This document shows, one piece after another, positions 11,703 to 23,798 of a DNA stretch of 64,000 nucleotides; within the stretch, counting starts at the first letter, position 1; each line of letters starts with the position of its first letter. Origin of the DNA: an uncultured Nitrososphaeraceae archaeon (GTDB lineage: Archaea > Thermoproteota > Nitrososphaeria > Nitrososphaerales > Nitrososphaeraceae); the NCBI GenBank assembly GCA_963825865.1, contig CAWGVG010000033.1:1-64000 (forward strand), given 5' to 3'. The notes beneath the pieces are model-generated. The model made no database searches, was not told where the DNA came from, and saw only the letters and a program-made list of their open reading frames with translations. The position numbers were made by a program, and so were the translations under genes.

Positions 11703-12406
11703 CTATACGTCGTCTTCTTCCTCTCCTGTAGCACTTTTAACCTTTACATTTTCGCTTGTAACTTGGTCGCTTACTGTACGAGTTTCAATAACTGGCTTCT
11801 TTTTGACAGCTACTTCTTCTTTAACATAGGGCTGCTTTGTTACTTGTACTTCTTCTTTCTTTAATGGTATTTTAATTTCTGTTCTAGATTGTACTGGTCC
11901 TTCTGTTGCTTTTCTAGCATCACCAGTAACACGTCTTCTCTCAATAGATATTTCTTCATGTATTACTGGTACTTCAACTGTTTTAGTCTCAGTGAGTGGT
12001 TCTTTTGTTATAGTTGCTTCTTGTGCTGAATCCCTTTTAGATACATCTAACTTTTCTTCTGTTAATGGAACTGCGGTTTCTTCTGCTTCGCCTATAGTCT
12101 TGTCTCTTTTTGGCGTTGAAGTTTCCTCATCAGCTGCCCGATGATGATGACGGTGGTGAATCCCTCGAAAATCTATTCTCTGCATCTTCTTCAGAGATTC
12201 TGAATCGCAGTACAGTCACCATCATAGCTTTCAGCTAAATCTCTTGGAATGTAGAATTTTTTCTTATTTACCATTCCTCTCTGCACTAAAACATAATTCT
12301 GACCAACTTCCTGGACTTCTCCAAGATCTTCGTCGTTACTTCCTCTTGCTTCTTTCTTTGTTACATCATTCCAATCTATGCTACTGCCGCTTGTAGTACT
12401 TGCCAT
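11703..12406 (-). CDS. YsnF/AvaK (DUF2382) domain protein, frameshift near 12190-12215
   Basis: N-terminal KKEARG..DEDLGEVQEV module plus VPLTEEKLDV, VEVPVIHEEISIERR and IPLKKEEVQV..KEEV repeats; paralogous to 12843..13592. Confidence 0.85.
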
Positions 12407-12842
12407 TTTACAACTAGTTATACATGGAATATAATACTTTTAGAAAATCTATTAAAAATGATAATATCATTATATTTAATCTAATATTTCTCTTTCTAGA
12501 ACTAAGGTATACGTATCCAATTGATAAATAAATCGTATATAGTTTTAGTGTTTTGTCTAGGCTGATGATGTATTCATTGATCCTCCAATCCCTGTTATTA
12601 CTGTCGTTGTCGTTCTCGTCCAGACAGATTACTAAAAATCGCATAAAAATTACTGCACCGTTCAATAGGAGAATGCAAACAGAGATACACATATGATTGT
12701 GTTATGTTTAACATGTCATCAAGAACCAAATTCTTCTCTGACTGTTAAATAACATTTTTTGATCTAATTGGATCTGATATCCTTTTACTAGCCTGATATA
12801 ACGGAGCTGATTAAAGGTTCGCAAAAACTAAAGTACTTTTCA

Positions 12843-13592
12843 CTAGTGCTTTTTCATTTCACCTTCTTCTTCTTCTACTAATTCCTCTCCAGCTGCGTTT
12901 CTAACACTGACTTTTTCACTTCTTACCTGTTCAGTTATTGTTTTAGTCTCAGTAACAGCTTTTTTCCTTATCACTATTTCTTCTTTTATATATGGTTTCT
13001 TTGAAACCACCACATCTTCTCTCTTTAACGGTATATTAATCTCTGTTTTAGATTGCGTTATTTCGTGAGATGATGATGACGACTTGGCTGGTACTGTTGA
13101 AATTGTTGATGATTCCGTCGCCTTGTCTGCTTCTGCTACCGATCTCCTTTCAATAATTAACTCTTCATGCGTTAACTCTACTTCAACTGTCTTAGTTTCC
13201 TTTACTGGTTTCTTTATAACTTTTGCTTGTACTACAGATTCTTTTTTAGACACCTCCAACCTTTCCTCAGTTACGGGAATGGGGCTTTCAGGATCTCTTG
13301 TTTGAACTTTTGATCTCTCTTCTCTTTCTGTTGCTGATGATGATGTGTCAGAGATAAATTTCTCTTTTGCTTCTTCCTCTGTGATTTCAAAAAGTAAAAT
13401 GCGACCATTATATCCATGTGGAATAGACTTTGGAATGCAAAACTTTTCCTTGCTTATAGTCCCTCTTTGTGTAAGAACATAATTTTCATTTACCTCTTGT
13501 ACTTCTCCCAAATCTGCATTGTTAAGACCTCTAGCTTCTTTCTTTATAACATCATTCCAATCTGTAACAGGACCAAATGTAGTGGATTCCAT
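12843..13592 (-). CDS. YsnF/AvaK (DUF2382) domain protein
   Basis: Intact 249-aa ORF with IPVTEERLEV, VELTHEELIIERR and IPLKREDVVV..KEEIVIRK. Confidence 0.88.
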   Translation of the reverse strand: MESTTFGPVTDWNDVIKKEARGLNNADLGEVQEVNENYVLTQRGTISKEKFCIPKSIPHGYNGRILLFEITEEEAKEKFISDTSSSATEREERSKVQTRDPESPIPVTEERLEVSKKESVVQAKVIKKPVKETKTVEVELTHEELIIERRSVAEADKATESSTISTVPAKSSSSSHEITQSKTEINIPLKREDVVVSKKPYIKEEIVIRKKAVTETKTITEQVRSEKVSVRNAAGEELVEEEEGEMKKH

Positions 13593-14011
13593 ATTATCGA
13601 AGCGATATTACATTATCTTACATACGATATAATACTTGATAATTTTCAGTTCAAATGATGCAATAGAGAAAGTACAATAATATCCCATTTGATACCGATA
13701 ACAATAATAATAATCCAACTTATTTTAGCATATTTATCTTAGGCTTAATGAGCAATAAGACCTTTCTATCAATGCCTCATACGTCCATTGACGATGGAGA
13801 TCAATAGATGGATTCAATAAATCAGTGGTTGTGAGTTACAATCAGATAGTCTCAATAAGGTATTGCGAGTGTGTCTTATCTATACCCAGCTATTCTAAGA
13901 TAAAGTCACCCATACGATCATTATGAGGTACTCATTGCCACAACGTAAGATAGATTATATTTTTTAATTGTTATAACTTATAATTACCATTAGTATAACA
14001 GCATTCGAGAA

Positions 14012-14599
14012 ATGGAAAGCAACATTGATCAAGAAAAACCTGGCTATCCCAAAGAATTGACCGACGAAGCAGGAACCTCAAACGAACAACAACAGCAGGA
14101 ACAAATAATTCCCGTTATAGAAGAAGAATTCTCGATTTCAAAGGAAACCACAGTCAAAGAAGCAAAAATAGAAAAGAGATGGGTTACCAAGACTAAGACA
14201 GTCAAGGTACCTATAACCTATGAGGAAGTATATATTAATGGAAAGAAAATGAAATCAGTAGAAGATAATTCTGTTTTCTCCTTAATAAAGGATAAGCTGA
14301 GTAGTAGCATAGGCAGTGATTCGGACAAATCAGTCAAGCTTTCTGTAAGAAAAAAAGGTGATCTTAAAGAAGGAGAGCTAGTTCCTTTATTCCCCCCCTC
14401 TTCTGATAATAATGCTTCAGAAACTGAAAAAGTGATTCCTCTTATGGGAGAGGAGTTTGAAATTAATAAGAAAATGGTCAAACTTTCAGAAATTGTAATA
14501 AGAAAAAGAAGAGTTACTGAAAAAAAGAAAGTCGATGTTGATATAAAAAAGGAAGAGGTTACGATAAAATATCCTGACGGCAATACGGAACGATTATAA
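14012..14599 (+). CDS. YsnF/AvaK (DUF2382) domain protein
   Basis: IPVIEEEF.ISK and IPLMGEEFEINKK...EIVIRKRRVTE repeats. Confidence 0.85.
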   Translation: MESNIDQEKPGYPKELTDEAGTSNEQQQQEQIIPVIEEEFSISKETTVKEAKIEKRWVTKTKTVKVPITYEEVYINGKKMKSVEDNSVFSLIKDKLSSSIGSDSDKSVKLSVRKKGDLKEGELVPLFPPSSDNNASETEKVIPLMGEEFEINKKMVKLSEIVIRKRRVTEKKKVDVDIKKEEVTIKYPDGNTERL

Positions 14600-15180
14600 A
14601 CGCAGTAACTTTCGATAACCAGAAAGTTTTGAAAACGATACTGCATCTTGGGATATATTGTCGCTTGAAATAAACTGAGCCTGAATAGTTTTTTGACATG
14701 GTTAATCTTTTTCTAAAAATCCAATACAATACACTTTATAGATTAGATTGATGGTAATTCAAGAGTGGAGAATTTATTACCAAAGCGAAGGAGGTCTAGG
14801 ATTATTTATGTTTTAGTTTTCTAGTGATGGAAGTCGAATTAAGAATCTTCATAATCAATAATATAATCGGTTCTCTCTCCTGGGTTAAAAATAAAATACT
14901 GTATAGTATTTTTTATTCAATAATATTTTCTACGAACCTGCCAACAGCATACTAAGTTTATTATCAGTCTTGCCATATTATCAGTCTTAACAGTTTTGCA
15001 CATTAAGACCTTAAAACAAGGCGAAGCGAATAACTGGTGTGTAAATATTCAATGAACCGATGTTAATGTTTGAATAAATGTTATAAACATTGTTAAATTC
15101 GATCCTATTCTGTATCCTTACAATATATTTTAAAAATTCATATATGATGGCCACTATCATATAGAGGTCGGATTATTAAT

Positions 15181-16759
15181 TTGTCCCTACCAGAACAAGA
15201 AGATAAGGCTGATACTCAAGAATATGTAGACAGTAAAAAGGTAACTAATCCTCTTGCTCAGCCAATAGCATGGAGGTATGGATTCCAGAATCGACTAAAG
15301 TTATTCCCATGGTGGTTGCGCTATAACATGGGCATTGCTGAGGAGGCTGTATTAAAGGATAAGATAATTCGATTAGGCACAGATATTGGATTACAAAATA
15401 AATGGATTAGCAGAATTTTGAGAAACGCGGTATCAGAGTTTTCGAAAAAAGGATTAGGCTCAGATTATTACGGTTATCATAACATAAATCATGAGCTTGA
15501 GGCTGCTTACTTTACTTTATTGGCAGTCAACCCTGGAAAACATGACCAAGCAAACAATAATAACAATGCCAAATTTAATCAAGAGGATATTAAATATCTA
15601 TTTGTAGTCTGCTCTCTACCATGACTATGATCCGTCAAAACGATTTGATAAGCCACATGAGGACTCTGTTGAATGGTACTTAAGAAATGACAATACAGTA
15701 AAAAAATCCATTAAAGATATAGGCATAGATATTGATATCGTAATTGCACTAATACACAGAACTGCTTATCCTTTCAAAAATAAGGTTGCTGAATACGCAA
15801 AAAAGAGAATGCAGGAATTATTTACATGTGCAGGGTTTGCTGAAAATGATTACGTAAAAAGAGAGCACTATGACCGCTTAGGATGGTTTCTATCTGTTTC
15901 AGAACGAATAGCGGGCTATGCGTTGGGAAATTTTGATCATGCGATGGAACTCGCACGTCGTAACGCTCATGCTTTAGGATGGCATCCATCTCTCATAAAT
16001 GAAGAGTCTGTCAAGTACTTTAGCTATTTGAAGGAGGAACAAAGTATGGTTGAATTTGTATTAGAGGGTATACCGAATGTTTATAAAAATAATTTCTTTA
16101 ACAACATACAGGCTTTCAAGAATGCATGGCAAGAAGACATCAAGATAAAAGATTCAGTGAGAAAAGGGGAAATAACTCTTGTTGCTATTGTCCAAGAAAA
16201 AGCTCAGGGAAAACTTAACGATCCTTTCATAATAGAATCTATATTAAATATATACAGAGAATTGCCTACTCCGATACGCATTGACGAAGGCAGGTTCAGA
16301 AAGTTACTTTTTGATAACAATACAATCCTTATTATTTTGAGAATCAATGGTAAATCTGGAGAAATTGTTGGCTATGTAAAGGGCGGGCCATTGGAGAATT
16401 ATGAGCTTCGGCGTGGAACATACGATGGGAATTTGGGAAAAAATAACACTGTCTTTATGGAATGGATCAGTATTAAGCCAGGTTATTGGGGAGCAACAGG
16501 CGGTCATCTTCTCAGGTCGGAGTTCGTCAAAGAGGCAAGGCGTAGAGGTTACACCTATGTGACCAGTTATGTGCATCGTAACGTCATCGCACATAGAATA
16601 AAAGAAGGCGAAAAAATAGAAGTCGTACAAAAATATGACCCTGATAATCTGGATTATTATAGGCTGGATGTCAGAGAGTTAGTCCATTTAGTGCTTCCAC
16701 CAAAAATATTGCCAACTGATGTTGGATTGGATGAAAACTCTTCCCCTATGATAGAGTAG
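15181..16759 (+). CDS. HD-domain phosphohydrolase fused to a C-terminal GNAT-like domain; frameshift at ~15608
   Basis: YHNINH, then (other frame) ALYHDYD...KPHED; C-terminal IVGYVKG...ISIKPGYWG..GGHLL....VKEARRRGY. Confidence 0.75.
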
Positions 16760-17656
16760 AGAAAGGGATTTGTCAATTGTATTGCGAGTACCTACATACG
16801 TGGGAAATAACGATGATGTGTATGTTCAAGGGGTTTTATTCAACAGCAGGTATAGAACAGAATTTAGCAGATAAAGACGTGAAGTATACTTTGGTGATTA
16901 GATACAGGAGATAAAGCAGATAGACTCTATTTTACTTATAGGATTGGCTTCTTCATACAGCAGGATTTGGGCTCAAAGGATATATTTTCTGTCTAAAAGC
17001 ATATTAGGGTACAAGTTTTTTTACCAAAAATAAACTCTACAGTGTCGCTAATCCTCCTTGTAATGATCATGAAACCGGTGTGATGTTCCTGAATGGTACA
17101 TTCTCATGCCTAGTGCCTAGCCTTCATAGACTTTGACGCAGACACAAAGGTAAATGACTGTTTGAGTGGGAAAATCGAAATAGGTTATTTGCGGATATGA
17201 GGAAATGACTTGGAATAAAATTGAGTCTATTTTGAATGGTTTTTGATTGATGGTGTAAATCATTAAATATTATTTTATAGTGTTTGCATTATGACCTTAG
17301 CAAGGGCAATATTTGCGTGTCTTATGCTATTGCTGCTCTGTATTGTATATCTTCTGCAAACCAATACTGCGATTGCAGATGTAACAACAACTACTACTAC
17401 AACTCCAATAAAGCATCTCATAGTTATTTTCCAAGAGAATGTTTCATTTGATCATTACTTTGCTACTTATCCTAAAGCAGATAATAATAATGGATCAGGC
17501 GATCCGTCATTTCTCGCTAAACCACTAAACCAGATACGCCTTCCGTTAATGGTCTTTCAGCAGCAGGATTATTGACGAATAATCCTAATCTGGCAAATCC
17601 CTTTAGGATACCGAGACCTAACGCATCGACATGCGACAATGATCACTCATATACTA

Positions 17657-18796
17657 AGTTAAGTATCTTATTTTATATCAACTATTTATTACCAAAATGA
17701 GAGTTATTTTAGATAACAAGAGCTTTAGCTATGTTATTTCTTCTCATGCATATGAAGCCACATCCTCTTCAATTATCTGCAGTTCAGAAAAGAGAATTAT
17801 TTAATTTTATCAAGAACACCAAAAATAAGGAAGAATACAGACGAGCGATAGCTGTAAAGCAGAAGATAGAAGGACAGTCATTTAGAACTATAGCGAAAAA
17901 CCTTGGTGTTAATTACAGGAACGTATACCGTATGGTAAAGTCATACAAGGAACAGGGTTTAGATGGTATAAAGAGTAAAAGAAAGAACGCAGGCAGAATA
18001 CCAAAGATATCATCTGATAAGAACAAACTGATGATTAAAGAAGAAATAATATCAAAGTCTCCAAGAACATTTGGATACCTAAAGAATACTTGGAGTATTA
18101 GGCTTTTAGCAGCATACCTTACTAGGATTCTAGGAATTAATGTTAGTCCAATGCAGATGTGGAGAATTGTTCATGACCTCGGTATAGTCTCCAAAAAACC
18201 AAAACTGGCCTTAGAACATGAGTCAGATTATGAAGAGAAAAAGAAAACTATAGACAATTACAAGAAGGTAGCGGCAGCACTTTTAAAAAAGGATTCTACT
18301 TGGATTCGAAGATGAGACATGGCTACACTTGCAGCCATATATAACAAATAATTACATGATGAAAGGCTACCAGCAAAAGATATTCCATAAAGGCTCAAAC
18401 GCAAAGGTCAATGCATTCATAACCCTTACCTATCCTTTAAACAAGGTCAAATTCAAAATAAGCAAATCTAGAACAAGCGGTGATTTCATAGACCATCTTA
18501 GAAGCATAAAGCGCTATGTCAAGAATAACGAAATAAAACGCTTCATCCTAGTAATAGATAATGCTTCATTTCATGTAAGCAGAAAGACTAAACAATTTGT
18601 AGAAAAACAATCAAACTGGTTGACTGTGATATTTCTACCAAATCGTTCACCAAATCTAAACCCAGTAGAGACAAGAGTGAACAGAAATCTGGATGTATGT
18701 GCCAATCATAACTACGAAACAGAAGAGAATTTGATAAAGGCAATAAGAAGATATCTTAGATCTATATATAGTTGGCCTAAATTATGATACTTAACT
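17657..18796 (+). mobile_element. IS630-family insertion sequence
   Basis: TIR AGTTAAGTATC at 17657 and GATACTTAACT ending at 18796 (imperfect match extends ~30 bp). TA duplicated at 17655-56 and 18797-98 in a CTAG target. Confidence 0.92.
17731..18787 (+). CDS. IS630 transposase (HTH ORF plus DDE ORF joined by a -1 frameshift)
   Basis: A-AAA-AAG at 18285-18291 leads into GFEDET; later DNASFH and SPNLNPVE. Confidence 0.9.
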
Positions 18797-20208
18797 TAGA
18801 TTACAGGAGGCATACAACGGAGGTTTGATGGATAAATTTGTTCAGACCAATTCGGTATCTAAAGGTTGTAATCCTTCTATAACAATGGGTTACTTTGATG
18901 GCAACACGGTTACCGCATTATGGAATTATGCCCAGCACTTTGCAATGAGTGATAACTTTTTTGGATCGACATTCGGATCATCAACACCAGGTGCCATTAA
19001 CCTCATTTCTGGACAAACACATGGTGCAACACCATCCTACCTAAACACAACTCGCGGATCAGATAATGTCTGGTTTGTCTACAATAGCACTCTGATATAC
19101 GACGCAAATCCAGCCTATGAAAATTGCTTCAATCCTGCTACAAAATCATTTCCCAAAGCTTCCTTTAACGATACTAACATAGGAGATCTCTTGAATAGTA
19201 AAAACATTACCTGGGGATGGTTCCAAGGAGGATTCAAACCCACTACTAACAGGACCGCCAATGGGGATCCTATTTGCGGATCTGCCCATGGAAATTACAA
19301 GGGTAGTCCAGTAACGGATTACCTACCACATCACGAACCCTTTCAGTTTTACAAGTCTACTGCAAATCCAAATCACTTGCCACCAAAATCAGTAGATAAC
19401 ATTGGTCACACAGATCAAGCAAACCACCAATATGATCTTTCTGATTTTTGGAATGCTGCAGAGTCAGGTAATAAGAAAGCCTGCCTTCTGTTAGCTTTCT
19501 TAAGGCTCCTGCATTCCAAGATGGACATGCTGGATACTCTAATCCTTTGCACGAGCAGAATTTCATAGTGCAAACAATAAATCGTATACAAAAATTACCT
19601 GATTGGAATAACACTGCGGTAATAATCACATACGATGATTCAGATGGTTGGTATGATCATGTTATGCCTCCTATAGTCAGCCAATCTAACGACCCAAAGA
19701 ATGATGCATTATTAGGAAAGGACGGTCTATGTGGCCATGCTCCTGCAGGTGCTTATCAAGATCGTTGTGGCTATGGGCCTCGACTTCCTTTCTTGGTAAT
19801 ATCTCCATACTGCAAAAGTAGATTATGTTGACCATCAGTCATAGATCAGACATCTATAATTCGATTCATAGAAGATAATTGGGGGTTGGGACGAATTGGC
19901 AACCAATCGTTTGATGTAAAAGCAGGGTCTATTATCAATATGTTTGATTTTACTACTGCTGACGCACATCATCATAGTGCAGCTAAACTATTTTTGCATC
20001 CTGGTACTGGAATAATAACAACAATGGCACAGCAGGATTCAACAACAACATATGCGATGAAATAACATTAAAAGCTAATATTGATTACATTTCTATATAT
20101 TCGACAGGAAAGGCAATGTATTCTATCCAGATATTTCCATCAATCTATAGTTTAGTTAACAGTTATGGATACATATTGTGTTAGTACGACATTTTATTCT
20201 ACTAATAC

Positions 20209-20499
20209 TGTCCTAGCAAGCGTATCAAGTGTTACCATGCTATTTCAAGGGACACGAGTTGTAGGCCTCATGAGATTTTGAAAATAAGGATCAAAGATAT
20301 ATTTTTCAAAACTAGTGGAAATTATCAGTATGCTGAAGTGCTAGTTAATGGTAAAACAGGTACTAGTCATATACCTTTAATCAATTCAATTCCATATCTG
20401 AAAGACTATCTGGATCTTGAACATCCACAGTCAAGCAATCCAAATGCAATATTGATCTGGCTTGGTGATACTCTATATAGATATCAAAAAGCAACTTGA
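20209..20499 (+). pseudogene. Tyrosine integrase/recombinase internal fragment
   Basis: In-frame CPSKRIKCYHAISRDTSCRPHEILKIRIKD...NGKTG (catalytic R and K); no HxxR or Tyr region. Confidence 0.75.
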
Positions 20500-21362
20500 C
20501 ATTATTATTATTGTATCATGGCTCCAATTGTTGTTGTTGTTGCTGTTGTTCCTTATCTTCCTTAAGCTTCTGCATTTCCATGAATACATCATTTAATTTA
20601 TCTTGAAGTAAAGTGATGTCGTGCTTGAGTTCGTCTATCTCAGCATCCTTTTCAATATAACTTTTCAATATAGTAACTGTGTTACCGTTCTGGTCTGAGT
20701 CTGATCTTTGCGCCTTGTCTAAGATCTGAATACGCTCGCATTTAGATCACATAGAGTCATATTTGCAATGTAGGAGATTTTATTTTTGGAAATGGAATGG
20801 AAGAGACTTGTCTCCACATATATCAGATCTAAGATATATTATCAAATCAAAAAAAACTTTCGATTGTACTTAGCAGACTTAGATATCAAAAATAAGCTAA
20901 AGCTGCTAAGGGAGGAACGGTCAGAATGCAGAATACGAAAAACTATCATGGGAAGAATCAAGATAGGAAAGGGAAACACTTGTTCTAGATCTCTAAAATC
21001 AAGGTAAAAGCACAAGCGAGATAGCTGAAGAAGCTGACTCTGCAAACGTGGCAACTGCAGGTTGGACATCATGGACATTTAATATTCCAGAAGGTCAAGG
21101 AAATTCTGTAATAGTGTGTGTTTATACAGGATTAGGAATAGGTTCGCGGACAAAACTCGTTTGTTCTAATTTGTCCATATACTGGGAATACGTAAAGGCC
21201 TATGTAGAGGTATGGGGTCATAACTGTATACCGCGGCAACGATAGGTAAGGCGCTACATTACAAGCTATATTGCATCCTACAATAGCAGAAAGAAATAAG
21301 TCAACTACTTCTATATTGATTGACATGAAAGAGTTAAATTTCTTATTACACCTTATGATTTA

Positions 21363-21716
21363 TTGATAAATAGAACAGTATATGTGACAGTTATATTGGT
21401 AGTATTTGCTTTCGGACTAGTTTTTGTGTCTGTAAACTACCACACACAGTCAGTACTTGCGCAATCAAGTACAGCAAAGAATGCTACACAAAAAGCCGGT
21501 AGTAGTGCTACAGGAACAAATGCAACCAAAGGAGCTATAGGAAGCGCGCAACAATTATCGCAATTAGGAGTAGGAGCCGGTAGTCAAATGATAAAAAATA
21601 ATACAGATATTGGTAATCCCAACGCTAGTAAAGCGGCTTCTACGGAAGAGAAAGTCAATGCTAGTACACCCAAAACAGGGCTTCCATCAAACCCAACTGG
21701 TGCGGGTCAGAAATAA
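21363..21716 (+). CDS. Small secreted low-complexity protein
   Basis: Signal peptide ending SVLAQ; Ala/Gly/Ser/Thr-rich mature part. Confidence 0.6.
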   Translation: MINRTVYVTVILVVFAFGLVFVSVNYHTQSVLAQSSTAKNATQKAGSSATGTNATKGAIGSAQQLSQLGVGAGSQMIKNNTDIGNPNASKAASTEEKVNASTPKTGLPSNPTGAGQK

Positions 21717-21729
21717 AAATAACTATCGC

Positions 21730-22020
21730 TAGGAGATATTAGAGAATCTACAGAAGGATTTGAGCTCTGGCAAGATATTAAAAATGAGAGCATTTGGACG
21801 TGCTCTTCAATACAGTCTTGAAAACGCGGGGATTGATGATAATGAGAATCTAGATTATGCAATATGGGTAGAGGAAGACTATTGTTCCCCATCATTAGCT
21901 ATGGAAAGAGAAAGTGTGCTTGATCAATACTTTAATGATATTGAAGTGTAGCGTGTTGAATCAGAAGAGGAAGGATGGAATATGATAAAAGAGAAACGGA
22001 GTCTTTGGAATAAAAAATAA
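21730..22020 (+). pseudogene. N-terminally truncated conserved hypothetical protein (WxEEDYCSP family) with in-frame TAG at 21949
   Basis: SGKI..MRAFG.ALQYSLENA...WVEEDYCSP.LAMER..VLDQYF..IEV*RVESEEEGW...SLW. Confidence 0.55.
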
Positions 22021-22102
22021 GATAGATACATATGTCATCATTGCCGTCCTCATCATCAAGAATAACAACATATCCTTTGGAGTATTAGTAAGATGCATAT
22101 TC

Positions 22103-22906
22103 ATGAATAACAGAGAATCACGATCGTCGTTAGCAGGTAGAACAGCACTAGTCACAGGAGGTAGCCGTGGTGTGGGTGCAGCTACTTCAAAGCTATTGGC
22201 TGCAAGAGGTGCAAATGTTATTGTTAATTATTTCAAAAACAAGGATGCTGCGGATAAAGTAGTTGAGCAATTAAATAAAGAAGCACGAGGAACAGAAGGG
22301 TATGCGATAGCCATTCAAGCTGATGTAAGGAAACAAACCCAAGTCGAATACATGGTAGGAGAAGCCATTCAACGATATGGACGTATAGATATCCTAGTCA
22401 ACAATGCTATGGTTGGTCGATATTTTCTTAAGCCGTTCTTAGAAACGACATGGGATGACTTTTTAGAAAAATTCAATGACGAAATTAAAGTCTGCATACG
22501 AAGTAACAAGAGCAGTCTTATCGGATATGGTGAAGCAAAACTATGGTCGAATTATATATGTCGCAACAGGAAGTGCAAAATATCCAAATCCTCCTGGTGC
22601 AATTGCTTTTGGAACAGCAAAAGCAGGCTTGGTGACATTTGCAAAATACATAGCACAAGAGTTTGGAAGAAAAGGAATCACAGCAAACATAGTATCACCT
22701 AGACTGATAGAAACAGATCAAAATGCTCATTTTCCTGCAGAGATAAAACAGCAATATGCATCATTGACTACTATTGGACGCACAGGTAAGCCACAGGTAA
22801 GCCCGAAGACGTGGCAAATGTAATAGCATTTTTTGCTAGTGATGAAAGCGAATACATCACAGGAACTTATGCACCTGTAGATGCGGGACTTGTTATTGGT
22901 GGATAA
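22103..22906 (+). CDS. SDR oxidoreductase (FabG-like), frameshifted at ~22480 and by an 11-bp duplication at 22781-22802
   Basis: TGGSRGVG, LVNNA, FGTAK in place of YxxxK, and C-terminal ITG..APVDAG. Confidence 0.8.
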
Positions 22907-23005
22907 TAATGATAATAGCAATAATAACCTGGCTCAATACCTAGTTGCTCGTTATTATGTAACGTTATCTTTCCTTTATCCTTCCCAGAAGCATTCATTG
23001 AAGGC

Positions 23006-23023
23006 ATGCGCTATATAGCGCAT
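23006..23023. repeat. Perfect 18-bp palindrome ATGCGCTATATAGCGCAT
   Basis: Read directly; the half-site ATGCGCTAT recurs at 23087-23095. Confidence 0.6.
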
Positions 23024-23798
23024 CAAAAATCTCTTTCAATCCTATCTGCACATCTACCAAATGTATCTTTTTAGATGATACAGCATATGCGCTATCGTTT
23101 CAATCTTTTACATGTTGAATGTATTACGATTATATATGCAGGTGGATATAGATATATATCCAACCTAGATATTGCAATTTTCCAAGTCCTCTTCCTGCTA
23201 CTTCTTAAAACCCTCTGCTACACACTAATGGCCTTCTAAAACATCCTTACTGAAAATGAACATTAATCTAAATTTAGTAGATTATCTTTAAAACCTATTC
23301 TGAATCATATTATGTTAACGGCTAGCACCGAGGTAGATCGATGGCGACTGATAGCACGAGATTTAATCATACTGATTGGTCGTTCTCATTCTAGCATCAC
23401 TCAGTCATTCCATATTATCAAACTTATGGAAATCTGAGGCAATAAGAACCACCACCATTATGTCCGTGATCTTTGCTTCTAGAAATTGGTATATGATCAG
23501 CTCTTTGCTTCTGGCTATACTCAAGAGCTATGTGTTTCATGTCATGCTAAAATATCAAACAGACATAAAAGAATGTTTAAAGATTAATCTAAACATATGC
23601 GCTATTTTAATTTAGCACTTGGGATCCTGTATCCCCTGTTTTGTATCTTCCAAGCCATCACTGTATCCTTCATTACCATAATCTATATAACTTATGATAA
23701 CACTTCAAAATTATTATACGAGTTAATTAAATTAACCTAAAAATTCAATATATTACTTCTTTACGATTGATATAGTAAAGTTGTGATATAAAACAGCA

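Larger units (their letters stand above)
17291..20065 (+). pseudogene. Secreted phospholipase C/acid phosphatase (phosphoesterase, AcpA-like) interrupted by IS630
   Basis: IKHLIVIFQENVSFDHYF, SDNFF..TFGSSTPG, TYDDSDGWYDHV and GYGPRLP motifs. IS at 17657..18796 plus several indels. Confidence 0.9.
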
